Assembly: GCA_026023565.1 (NCBI GenBank)
Contig: JAPETS010000033.1
Coordinates: 186,001-250,000 of the forward strand
Direction of reading: 5' to 3'
DNA: 64,000 bases
DNA from: Cirrosporium novae-zelandiae
Lineage: Eukaryota
Positions within the stretch are counted from its first letter, which is position 1. Each line of letters begins with the position of its first letter. This document shows, in pieces, positions 13,678-26,123 of this stretch. The translations under genes were made by a program, and so were the position numbers. The notes below the pieces were generated by a model. That model had not been told where the DNA came from and made no database searches. It saw only the letters and a program-made list of their open reading frames with translations.

Positions 13678-14057
13678 TACCCTCCTCTACCTTTCCATCT
13701 CTCCTTCACTTTCTACCTCTCCTTCCCCCTCCCCTCCCACCATCCCACACCTCTCACATCCCAAGACCAAAATCGACAAAAACACCGAACCCTTCAACCC
13801 ATCAAATCAAATCAAATCCAATCCAATTCCCCACACCTACCTCCAACCCCCAAACCCTTCAACCCAAATTACAACATCATTACAACATAGTCCAGATACT
13901 CAAGTAGACCAGAACTTAACAAGGTAGGGTATCATCCCAGCCAAGCGAGGCTCGATTTCTTTCCCCCCCCCCACAGCTTCTACGAGTAATGTAAATTAAG
14001 TCTATAAGATCCTTGATCTTGATCTTGATACGGCTACCACCATCGTCAAAATGAGTA

Positions 14058-14307
14058 GTGTGTGTGTGTGTGTGTATTAGAGTTTAGTCGGCTAGTTTTA
14101 TGATATAATTCTCCCCCCTATCTGTATCTATATCTATATTTATATTCATATTCATATTCATATTCATATTCATATTCATATGCCCCCGATCTAGAAGTAA
14201 ATCACACACATCACATGGTCTTGAATATGTCGAAAAAAAGAAGAAGGGAATGTGATGTGGATGAGGGATAGATTATATAGAATGAAAAGGCATTATCAAT
14301 TAGTAGA

Positions 14308-14334
<27 letters not shown>
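14058..14334. repeat. Microsatellite cluster: (TG)n, (ATTCAT)n, (ATTG)n
   Basis: Visible runs at ~14058-14074, ~14142-14181 and ~14308-14334. Confidence 0.85.
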
Positions 14335-14338
<4 letters not shown>

Positions 14339-14634
14339 TTCTTTATTACTTTGACTGATTGCTTAGTTTGTTGGTTGATTCGTTGGTTGATTAATGAATG
14401 AATGAATGATTGAACCCCTAAACTTTCATTATTCATCTTCATACATTTGTACTGACGCTTTCTCCCTCTCCCCCTCACCTTCGCATGGATTCATTAGTGT
14501 CGTAAAAAAAAAAGGAATGAGTAAGTAGTACTTTGGAAATGAGAGAAGTTGCTTCTCCACCATCCACGACTGTTTTTTTTTTTTTTGTTCCTGTCCCCTT
14601 TTATCCCCCTACACACCCATCAGGACTAGCACAC

Positions 14635-17184
14635 TCAAAACAACACCTGCACCTCACTAAGAGAAACCTCCCCCCCACCCTCTTGCAATTCAAACCCCTT
14701 ACTCCATCCTTTCAGATACACCACGATTGTGCCAGGGATCCCGAGGTCTTCATACGAGATGCTTACCGAGCCGGTTGTTGTTGCACCCGTTCCGTTCACA
14801 GCCTTCGTCGTCGTCATAATAATCCGGGCCTCCTGATCCTTCTTCTCCCCACCAAAATACAAAAACTCGGTCCTCGGCACCGCAAAGGATGGGTATACTT
14901 CAACCCGTAACTGGGGTGTCCATGCATCGGTCCATAGATTGTTACCCCGAACTACATCTCCTCTGGGAATGATTGCGCCTTCTCTCACAAAGACTGGGGA
15001 GCTGTCGAGGCCGTACCTGAATATTACGGTCCTACCCCCTATATAGACGTCCGTCTTGTTGAAATATTCGAGGAAGGAATATCCCTTCGGGAAATAAACA
15101 GAACGGACACCCCCCGGGGTGGAGATGGGGGCGAGGAGGAATTCAGAGCCTAGGGCGTATTGGGAGGAGAGAGTGTAGGTGAGGGGGTCGTCAGGGTATT
15201 CAAGGAGAAGGGCGCGCATGGCGGGGAGGCCGCTGGTGGCCGCAACGTGCGTGTGGGATTTCAGGAACGGGATTAGTGAGTGATGGGTATTTGCGGTAGA
15301 TTTCAGGACCGAAACGAGATTGGAGGTGTAAGGAGGGTACCATGGGGTGTGGTTTTGGCCGAGCATTAGTTCGTAGATGGGTGTGAAGGTGCTGAAGTGC
15401 ATCCAACGCGCCCAGAGTTCCTCGGTCGGGGTTTCCAGAGTGCGCACGTACCCGCCCGTGTCGGAGCCCCATTGGGAGAAGCCCAGCAAGCTGGCGCGGA
15501 TCCCGCTTGCAATGGTGTACGTGAGGCCCGTGAAGTTGGAGTGCCCGTCGCCGTTCCAGAGGTTGGTCTGGGCGCGCGACCGGTCGTACACGCTGCGGGA
15601 GAGGGTTTGGTAACCGGATTTACCCCAGACGGACGTCATGGTATCGGCGCAAAGGGATTCGAAGAGGGTCATTTGTGTGTTTTGTTCGTAGACTGTAGTG
15701 AGGGAAAGAAGGGTAGGTGGGTAAGTTTGGAGGTGTGCGTGGACAAAGGGGAGAAAGACAAACCTGGCATTTCTCCTTCTTCGCCCCTGTCAATCTTGTA
15801 GCCTTTGATGCCCATGGAAGGGAAGAAGGATAGCTTCTTTTTCATGTAGTTGTATGCGGCCGGGATGGATAGGTTTAGCGCTGGGCCTAGGAATGTTTTA
15901 GGGTTGACTGATGGAAATAGCCAGCCGTTTGCTGAGGAGACGTTGTAGAGCTCCGTGTTGGGGAATGCGCGATTTGCGACCCATGCCTAGAATTTGGTTG
16001 AGTATGGTGGGGTTTGCTGTGAGAGGTAGTGCAGGTGAAACTTGAGAGTGGACAAAATTTAGGCATGGAAGAAGATTGGAAGTTGACGCCTTCAGATAAT
16101 AAAAGAAACATGACAGGAGAAGAAATATTGTTGGTAAGATTTCAACGACTAGGAAAATAGATATTGACATCCAGTTTGGATAACTTAATCATGAATGCCA
16201 TTGCAATAACATACCTGTAAAGTAAATCCATAGTCCGACATGTTTGAAATGAACTGCTTTGGGGTAGGATAGAACTTAGGGTCAAAGTCAAAGTTACCAA
16301 AACCAGAATTTCCGGTTCCAAATGGACCTATATGTGAGGAAGTCAGAACAAGGGACTCAAAAACGTATCCCCAACTTCTTCAAAACGAGGAACATACGGT
16401 CGACGACCATGGACGTTGCGTGTATGTGCTTATAGTAGAGATGGTTGACAACGTCATAGTAATTCTCTTGCGCATTTGAAACCCCATCATGATAATCCTC
16501 TTCAAAATTACCGGACCAGAAGGTCGGCCCGTACCCTGTATCCGGGGGCATGGTAAGTCGAGCGGATAACCCAGTATACTGTGTTATGATGGACTTGAAG
16601 TCATTTTTGGTCTTGGGTAGAATGATGTAATATACCAAACTGCTTGTATTGAAGATGAATTGGGCCTGTCCGGGGACGGTAAAGTCATAGGACCCCATAT
16701 CAAGTGTGTCAGCGTAGACTCCATAGCCAGCATTCGTAAGGAAGAATGGAGCCCTAGCATTGGACCAATTGATTCCCTCAGAATTCCCGACCCCTTTCAG
16801 TTCAAAGGAGACGTTGGTATTTTCAATTGAGTCGAACCACGGATATTCCCAGACGCCATAGAAGAAATCTATCGGGTCGATATCAAATTGGGCTCCGACA
16901 AATGGATTCGAGGAGTTTATCGAAACCTTGACGATGGAAGGATCGATTAGAATCCATGATATTTGACCTCCCTGGTTAACAATGGTTCCCGAAGTCGATG
17001 CAGATATTGCTTGAGTAGATGAATTGGTGCTTCCTGTTAAAATGGCACTGTTCTGTACGATAACATCCACGCCAGAATGGACGGAGAGGGAGAAAGGAGA
17101 GGTATTATTGACAGATATAAAATATTGTGCATCTGTTAAACAAAATAACCTCGCAAGTATAAAAAGGATCAAAGTATACGACAT
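14635..17184 (-). CDS. Secreted glycoside hydrolase family 31 (4 exons)
   Basis: Signal-peptide-like MSYTLILFILARLFCLTDA. Internal exons read by hand give FGNFDFDPKFYPTP and GIKGYKIDRGEE (nucleophile region). C-terminal WNGD, WGSDTGGY, ELWARW and PVFVREGAIIP. Confidence 0.85.
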
Positions 17185-18615
17185 AATGCTCAGCTTTGAT
17201 TAACCATTCATTATTCGAACATTTCAACGATCACTGAGAATTGGTTAACAGATGAGAAGCATCATTAGCAATTTATAAATGTTACGGGGAGTTGTTTCCT
17301 GACAATAGATCCATAAATGTGGGCCAAGACAACTTGATCGGTGTATTCTCCCCCGTATATTGTTTTCGATGCCATGATCGATGCCATGATCAATGTCACT
17401 AGTCTATGTTCAGATGAGTATAGATGGGTCCTGTCCTGGATGTTGACAATAAAATCCTGGAAGTTTAGCTGCAATGAGTAGAAATCTATCCACATTTATA
17501 ACCCCATCCACTCGTTTCCCCGCACCCTCGGTATAAACCGCGGGTTTGTAAATGCGACATTCTCCGTACTCATCCGCCCCATCGCCATATAGACATAAAG
17601 TTGAACCCATTGAACATGACTTATACTCAAAGTATTGCAAAATTTATCCTCCAATGGTCAAATCAATTAGCATAGACAAGAGATGTAATCAAATGTCTAG
17701 ATTTTTTGCAAGGAATAGATATGGAACCTTACAAGGTTATGTTGAGGGCATGAGCCCTAACCCCCGCACGGGCCACCTAGTCAGTCATCACTCTACCCAA
17801 CAACTCCTATATTCCCCGATACTCGCAAGAAGAATGCTTCATAATCCATATACTATGTACCTGCTTGCATATCCAGTTCTCTTCTCACACGTTGTCTACA
17901 CCCGAGGCTACGACTGCAGCCAGAATATTACCACCTATCGGTTCACAGGTCGGTAAAACATAGCATACGCCTTTCTTCTCCTTCTTCTCCGCCTAGGTTG
18001 GGTTATACTATAGGAGGGTAGTTATAGGTTATGCATTATACATTATGTATATATACGGCCCTCTTTACCCTCTGCTCCTGGGCTAGAGATATCAATTATC
18101 AATATCGATATCGTACTATGTGAAGAGACGGTCGATGACTGTGACTATGGGTGAGAGTATATGGTATGGTTGGTTTTTCTTTTTCATTTAGATGGATGGG
18201 AAAGAGAGACGAAGGGGAGGGTTGATATTGGTATATAGGGGTGTGTATATATATAGATATGTATTGGGGGTAATGGGCATTTTAATGAACGAGATGGATA
18301 GAAGATTTCTGGTCTAAAAATACTACTTATACCCCTCAATTGGGTCTATGATTTGAATGCAAACAAGACAAACCAGGTAAAGTACCATCTTATCCTGGTG
18401 ATTTAGATTAGATTAGATTAAACCAGATTGTCCGAGTTGGGACGAGATGGGATCAGATTTTAGTTTTTTGGAGCATTTATTCATGGAGAGTAATGTAGAT
18501 TGATGGAGATTAAATCTCTCCTGCGCGCCTTGGGTAAGAATTTCACTTTTCTTTCTTTTCCTTTTCCCTTTTTCCATTTCCTTTCCCCCTTATCCTTTTC
18601 GTAAAATAAATAAAT

Positions 18616-20600
18616 CTATAGCTCAACACCACTACCACTACTACTACCCCTTACAGCCCCTTCCACACATTCCATAAATCCCAATAACTTCTCCTCCCTC
18701 AACCTGCGTCCCACAACCTGCAACGAAATCGGCGCATCACGATACCTTTTTGGTCCCTCCCCGCCCTCTGGATATAGCATTCTCATTTCTCTGTCCATGT
18801 CACTCAGAATCTCATTTCCATTTCCATTTCCGCTCTCAACCTGTGACCAGGTATCTGATTCCTGGACGGTGGTTCCTGTGGGGAAGACAGCGGCGACATA
18901 ATCGAGAGCGTTGAAGACGGAAGTGTAAGACCAGTATTTATTTGGGGGTTTGGGCGCAGGAGTTATTGGGGTTGCGAGGGAGGGGTTGGGGGGTGTGAGG
19001 AGAACGTCTAGGGATTGGGTCGTCCATTGGGCTGTGTATGCTTTTTGGAGGGCGAAGAGGGTGTTGTTGAGCTGGGTGGGGTGGATTAGTTAGCTTTTTT
19101 TAGTTTGGGGGTTGGAGTTTCTAAAAAGGGAGATAAACCTTCCAGGTTTCTTCAACTGTATATGGTTTGCCTGTCTGGGATTCCAAAAGCCATTTTATGG
19201 CTGGGACGGGGGGTTCGCCGACTGCTGCTAGAGTTTCCGTGTATTCCCGACCGCCATCGAGAAAGTAAGCGCGGCTGGCAGCTTCAGCGAGCGCGGCGTG
19301 AAGTTTTGGATCCCAGTCGATGACGGTGTGACCCGCAGCCTTTAGCGCGGCGACCGCATTCCTTAGTGCCCTGGTGAGGGGAGGATGAGGCTGGACGACG
19401 CCGTCGTTCCACATAACACCGATTACAAGCTTCTGGTTGAGGGGGGGTTGGATGTGTTCTGTACGCCAGGGTATCTCGATCAGAGAGGGCTCGTGGTCCC
19501 AGGGGTTTGCGGCTAGGGCTGTTTCGCAGAAGAGTCGGAGGTCTGCAATGCAAGTTGCTATAGGACCGACACATCCAATTATGTTTTGCATTCCGTTATG
19601 GAGACCGCTAAGGCCGCTATGGGGGAGGCGGGCGACGCTTGCTTTGAGGCCGTAGAGACCGCAGAAGGCGCTAGGGACACGAATTGAACCACCTATGGGG
19701 GTTAGTGCACGTTCTCTCTCTTTTCTTTTCATATTTTGATGAGGATATTATGATACTAGATAATGTTTAGGATAGACATACCTATGTCTGTACCAATTCC
19801 TAGAACACTGCCACGCATTGCGATCAAAGAGCCTTCTCCTCCGGAGCTTCCTCCAGAGGTAAGATTCGTATTATATGGATTGACGGTCCTGCCGTACAAG
19901 TTACTCTCGGTTTCGATTGCCTTTAGCCCAAGAGATATTAGCCAGAGACTAGTTTTGTACGATTGTATTTAGGTCCTACCATTAGAGTCTGAGGGTTTGT
20001 GGTCTTGACATGGAACACGGCACCTGCATCACGGAATACTTTGACAATAAGCGCGTCACCTGGACTGAGGGAGTCCGCCCATGCTATGAGACCGGAGGTT
20101 GCGAATGTGCCCGCAAGGTAGATATGTTCTTTTACGGATATTGGAAGGCCGTGTAATGGTCCCTTTGGTTTTCCGTGAACCTGCATATAGTCGTCGAGAG
20201 CGGCTGCATCCTTGAGGGCTTCGTCAAACAGTACTGCTGCAAGACAGTTTGTCTTTAATCTCCAGAATCAGCCATTGAACCTCTAAGGAACTAGAATGAA
20301 ATGAGTTTTACGTACCGCTTGATGTGCAATTGCAGCTCTCTTGCAAAATGCTGTAGTCACCTCCACCGCTGTATATGTTCTCTCGCGTAGTAGCCTTACC
20401 AGATCGACGGCCCGATGCTCGGTGATTTGCAGTTCACGTGGGCTCATCAATTTGCTTCGATAAGGAAGATCAATGTGATTGTGGCCTTCTAGTAGTGATT
20501 CCGGGACACGATAAGATTCTGGAATTGCGGCCTCAATCTCTTGTCTCCTTCGAGCTGCCACCTTTCGCCAATTGGATTCTGGTTCTTCGTAGGAACCCAT
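18616..20600 (-). CDS. Amidase-signature family enzyme (acetamidase/general amidase), multi-exon
   Basis: GPLHGLPISVKE, KTTNPQTLM, GGSSGGEG, GTDIGGSIRVP, C-terminal PISLQVVGRRLREEKLL. Confidence 0.9.
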
Positions 20601-21477
20601 ATTTTAAGTGTCGAAGAAGCGATAAGAACGAAAGACAAAAGAAGGGAAGATAATAACAAAAATAATCAGTTGATGGGTATATGAGAATGTTTCAGAGCAG
20701 CGCATATTATAGAAAAAATAATATTCTCAATTACCATGTGTTTGAAGAAAATAGTTAGACCAACAAGGGACGTAACGCAAATCTACGGAGGTATCCCCGC
20801 TGATCTCCATGACTTTCATAGGCCGAGACAAAGAGTTCCAATCTCGGGAGCTGGAGCAATGTCCATAATAGTATGGTATTAATTGACTATCCATGGATGT
20901 GTCCTGGATCAATCATATTTTTCATGTTGAAGGTGAAGAGGATCCGCCGGAGAAGTTGCTTTCTTTGCCATTAGGTCGTGGCATAATGACGCAGTCGTGG
21001 TAGGGTTTGACCTTTGAAATAATTACAGCAATGCGAGACGACCATATCTCGGCTCGCCTTTCCCTGCCGAAGATAAGCGGAACAAGATTTGGTTCCTTTT
21101 TACTCCACATGTCCCCGAAGGCCAAAACTATTATCCATGCAAATTAACTACCACACGTTGTGTCATGGTAACACCAGGAGAGCCCAGTCTCAAGGTCTTA
21201 TCTGGACATCGGTACCTCATCCTTGTGAGTTATCAATCATGGCCGAATTGCTGGTAATAAGATCCGGTTTATGCGTATGGTGGAACCATGTCTCCCAGGC
21301 AGATATGAATAAGTAATACTAATATATTGTTATATGAAAAAGCACGCCAATTAATTAATAGAAATTATCCTCTAAAAGTAGTCGATAGCTTCTCAAGACG
21401 AACCCGATGAACCCTACTCCAGCTCAATACCCAGCCACGTCGATAAGAATTTCTCAAAGTCAAGATCCGTCTCTATT

Positions 21478-23553
21478 CTACTTCTCAGATGTACTAGGAG
21501 ACTTGGACAAGTCCATTGAATCCTGAGAATGCATTTCAAGGCCAAAATTGTGGTCGTCACTGAGAGAATTAGTATTAGTGTCCATGACAGCGCAAAATAT
21601 GGGTTGGATCATGACATACCGAAGCCGCAAGTTTGGTAGAAACCATACTAGTGGAAGCATGGGAACCGATAGAGCTAGGGCTGAGATGGAAATGTATCTA
21701 AAAGAAAAGTTAGCAACTCATTTGGATGAACGGAATCACAGGTGGCTACCTCATAACATCCGAGTACTGTAAATCCTTGTTAGTATATGAGTTTAGAAGA
21801 GAAGGGTGAAAACTAACAGCAGCATTGGCAGCGATCCGTTGGCTACTACCCCAAGCAGGCAAGATACCAGTGATGGACTGGAATAAAGAATTAATAGTTG
21901 CCTCAGAGGTCCCCGGAGCCATGTGTTTCCTAAGCGCTTCTCTAAACGTGTTTGTGTAAATCGCCCCTGCGATCGATGTCCCAACTGCAGAACCTAGAAA
22001 CGTACAAAGAAGAACCAGAGAGGTCACCTGGGCCAACTCCGCATGAGGAACGACAACCTGTGCTGATGTGACAATGAGTGTCTCGATGAATCCACTTCCA
22101 ATACCTTGAATTAACTGTACAACAAACAGCTCCGCGGTAGAATTGTCCTGGCCTCTCAGTCTTATCATAACACCGTATCCGATGAACCGAATAATCACAC
22201 CGGCCACCAGTACCCATTTCGGTCTTCTGGTTTTAAGTACGATGGCTCCACCGATGATTCCGCTCAGACATTGGGTGACACCATTGGTGTAGGCAAGGAA
22301 GGTGGCATTTCGGGCGGAGAAATCGTGGGCCACAACAGACCACGCATAAAGATATGTATGGGTATCTGAGAACCCGACTGTATCGAATGCGCCTATCGAG
22401 CAGCAAAGAACTATCGTCAGGTTCCTGAAGTAGCGGGTTGGCACCACCGGATTTTTCGCAATATATTTCTCATATACGACGAGCGCAATCAGAAAAAGGG
22501 CTCCGAGGATGAGAAGAGCAATGATCCATGGTGTACGCCAGCGATTTGTCGACGTGGCTGCCAATGTCATGGGCAAAAACAACATTCCAAAGCCGCCGGT
22601 AAGTAGGATTATTCCTCCTAGATCAATTCGTGAGCAGAAGTCATAGATTGTCATTTTCTTCTTGACCGTAAGTCCGAGTTTCTTGGCCCTGTGTTGAAAA
22701 TGAAGCAGAGTACCGACGATAAAACTGGCACCGAATGGCATGATGATGGCAAACATTCCAATTCCCCAGCGCCAGCCAATTCCATTGACAACACTATCTA
22801 CGATAAAGGCCGCAATCCAAGGGGTAAGTAGGTAGGGGGTATAGGCAATTCCAATGGCTAATGCTCTCCATCTCATACTAGATACGTCACCTATGATCAC
22901 ATCGTGGAGAAGATTGACTTTTTGTAATTAGAAAGCGTTCCCCAAAGTACAAGAATCACTCACGAGAGCTCTGGCCCACTGCATAAAACACAACACCAGC
23001 AGCATAGCAATTTATAGTCTTAGATGAAGCACAGAGAATATAAGAGAGGACATAGCAGGACACTGCAAACATGTAGGTTTCAGCTCGCCCTATCACATCA
23101 GAAACCTTTGCGATGGTTGGCTTTATCACGGCCTGAATGATAGTAGTAGCCGTCGAGAGCGTGGAAAGGAGTGCCAACTGGTTAAACGACGACGTGGCAT
23201 AGTTCTGATAGTTGTAGACTGTGCTATTGTCCAGTTCACTTGAAAGATATCAGAGGAGCCTGCGTATAATAGTATGGTACTCACAATATGAACATCATCA
23301 TCCCTAACCCAGCCACAAGCACATATTTACCTCGTTTTCCCCATACAGCTTGAACTGCCTCGACATTTGCAACACCTCCAGCCTCGAGGGTCTGACATTC
23401 ACGTTCTGTGGCTTGAATGTTTGTCTTAATATCGGTCTTCTCTTGTGATACCTCATTGGGACTTGGATCACTAATCACGGTGGTTTCTTCCAGCCCATCC
23501 AGTTGAACTGGAGAAGGACTGAGCTGTGCCTTGACTGTGTCAATGAAGCCCAT
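21478..23553 (-). CDS. Siderophore-iron transporter (MFS, ARN/SIT/Mir family)
   Basis: KPTIAKVSDVIGRAE, WRWGIGMFAII, RIDLGG and LFVVQLIQGIGSG, many hydrophobic segments, several short introns. Confidence 0.88.
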
Positions 23554-23772
23554 ATCAAAGGTAATTATGGTAGAAGTGGTTCCTATTTTGTCCCAACAGG
23601 CCCCAAGTGGACATTTTATATTTCAAGCACCTATGATCCCGCCAGGCACAAGAGATATCGGAAGAACTCAAACTAGATCATGCTGAGAGTTGCTTTGCAC
23701 CCATCAGTATCATTCTCCTTATCTTGAACCGTTTCCTCTTCATCTTCAACCTCCCAACTCTTCAATCCTTCA

Positions 23773-23781
23773 ATCTGATAA
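23773..23781. promoter_or_regulatory. SreA-type iron-repressor GATA site ATCTGATAA
   Basis: Exact match to the ATCWGATAA consensus, 220 bp upstream of the transporter ATG. Confidence 0.65.
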
Positions 23782-24186
23782 GGGATGTCTTATAGATTGC
23801 CGTCTGCGTAAAAGTGAGGTGACCAGGGTCTCATCCACTCAGAATAATGGTATTAAAAATTACACCAGCAGGATGCATTGCTAGCTTATCTGGCATGAAC
23901 AGATACTCTGGCGCGTCTACTTTGTATTAACCGGGTGATGATCCCATGGGCTATGAACCCTTCGGTACCGCATACCGTCGATAATGGCAATGCGAGACGA
24001 AGTTGTGCCTTATCCTTCGTCTCGACTTGCCCTCTCAAACTTGGGACCCACAGAACTACCACCAGCGACGCCTGTGCTAAGACGACGTACATATGGAATG
24101 TTGACACTTTCGCATTTTCCAAATATGAAATCGACAAAGAACTATTTATTTCTAGTCTTCTTTATTAATTATGAGTAGGCTAAATA

Positions 24187-25201
24187 TTATGACTTTCCTA
24201 TCTCAGGATTTCTACTCCTTCTTATCTGTTCCACGTCTTCCTCCGATAGCTGTGCCGCTGATACTGCATAATCCTTCTGGGTCTGGTTGCGCTCAGCTAT
24301 CCAATGTTCTAGGTGAGGCTGTACGGGACGTTCGGGGAAATATCCACTGTCAATGGGCTCTCCCAGCACTTCATAAAGAGGAATAACACCAGTATACACA
24401 TCATCCCTCGTGCCTAGCTCGGCAGGTTTGGCAATCCCCATATTCTTTGCTCGTATCTTTGCGGATGCGGATCGCACAACCACTTTGACAATCTGTACAC
24501 TTTTCATTGCCTGCGGGCTAACCTTGCTAACTGAAGACCAACGGCGCCGGATCATGTGGTTAGTGAGCATGTGCATAGCATACTCCTTCTCTTGCTGTGA
24601 AGTGACCATTTCCGCCGTACCGTGAATCACTGCGGAACGATAGTTGAGGGAATGTCCATTGGGAGTAAAGTGAAGAACCACGCCATCCACTACAAACATC
24701 AGTAAGACGTTCTGGACAAAAAAGCAGTAGATGTCAAGTGGTCCGCTCACCCTTTGTAGATGTCAAACAGACTTTGACTGCTCCATTGTGGGTTACTGCC
24801 CTACGTAACATCATGGCAGCGTTTCCATGCAGATATACATCCATCGGCCGATTGAAATCTTCTTGTTGACGACAGTATTGAGCTTCTGTTCCATCATCGT
24901 CTGGAATTGGATCTTCGGGGTCGTAATACCCAAGAACAGCAGTCATAGGAAGATTCATGGGTGTCGGGGTGCCATCTTCATCACTGGTAATAAATGCCAC
25001 ATGGCTTACAAAGGTTGAAGCAAAGACCGAGTGTACTGCGGTATAGTCGTAGGAAGCTTTCAATCGTCAACTTTTGTATGAACACAAGAACCATATGAAT
25101 AGGATATCCATACCTCTGTCTTTGTATATTCGTATGGTATTCAATTGGCTCTTGGAATAAGTGCTTTGATTAACAGCATTTGGTCTTTGTATGGAACCCA
25201 T
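24187..25201 (-). CDS. Flavin-nucleotide-binding split-barrel protein (pyridoxamine 5'-phosphate oxidase-like / NimA-like), 3 exons
   Basis: RASYDYTAVHSVF..HVAF, YLHG, VDGVVL..HSLNYRSAVIHG, SASAKIR, YTGVIP. Short first exon from ATG 25201. Confidence 0.8.
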
Positions 25202-26123
25202 AACTTGTTTATATCGAGATTGAAGATTGATCTTTGTTAGCTTTTAAGATGTAAATTCAAATAACAAACAATAGCAAAAGACAAGTAGGAAAGGAACAGT
25301 TTTAGGGGTTAAGAAGAAGGACAAGATGAATAATTATCGGCGACAGGTTGGTCAATAGCTTCCTGTAGACTAGGATCATGTTGGTAGAAATATTGTGGGA
25401 CTACCTCGGATCGCGATAACTTTTGGAGAATTCAGCATTGAAGGTTCAACAAGTCAAGTCTGCAGGACAAATGTCTCAAGGAGCTGTTTGACGGTGTGAC
25501 GGGATGACGAGGTGAAGAGGTCGGGGAATAATTACTTAGGTACTGTACCTTGATACACAGGAGATACAAGGACTAGACTACCACGGTAAACTCCCTAGAC
25601 TATTAATTACCCTTAGCCCCACCATCCTCCAAGGCCTCGTATTTTAGGCTCCCCGCTTATGCCCCCCCACAATCCAAAATATTCAAGGTCATGTTCTTAT
25701 CTTTTAACATCAAGTGGAGAAAATGTCATGTGAGTTGGGTTTTTCCAGTAAATTCAATAGAATGTTAGTATCAACCTTCACTAGATCCGAATGATCCATT
25801 GTCAAATATGCTATCTACTACTGATAACCGCGAAGAGATTGCAATATCTACCCAACAACCATCATCCTAATGATAATCCATGGCCTGAAAGGTGGACATT
25901 ACCGTTATCGAAGAAGTTCGAGCAGATTAGGGCATTCATTAAAATATCCGAGATTTAGACCCATCCTTTATACTATTGGCTCTTGTGCCTCCCTTCTTGT
26001 GTCCTCCTCTTTCCTCGCGCAGTTATTTCTCTAAATCGATGCCGTTTTGGAGGATACCCTTCCACTCCATTTCTAATGTTATGTTGTGAATGATATTGGG
26101 GGACTTTCTACGAGACTTTTATT

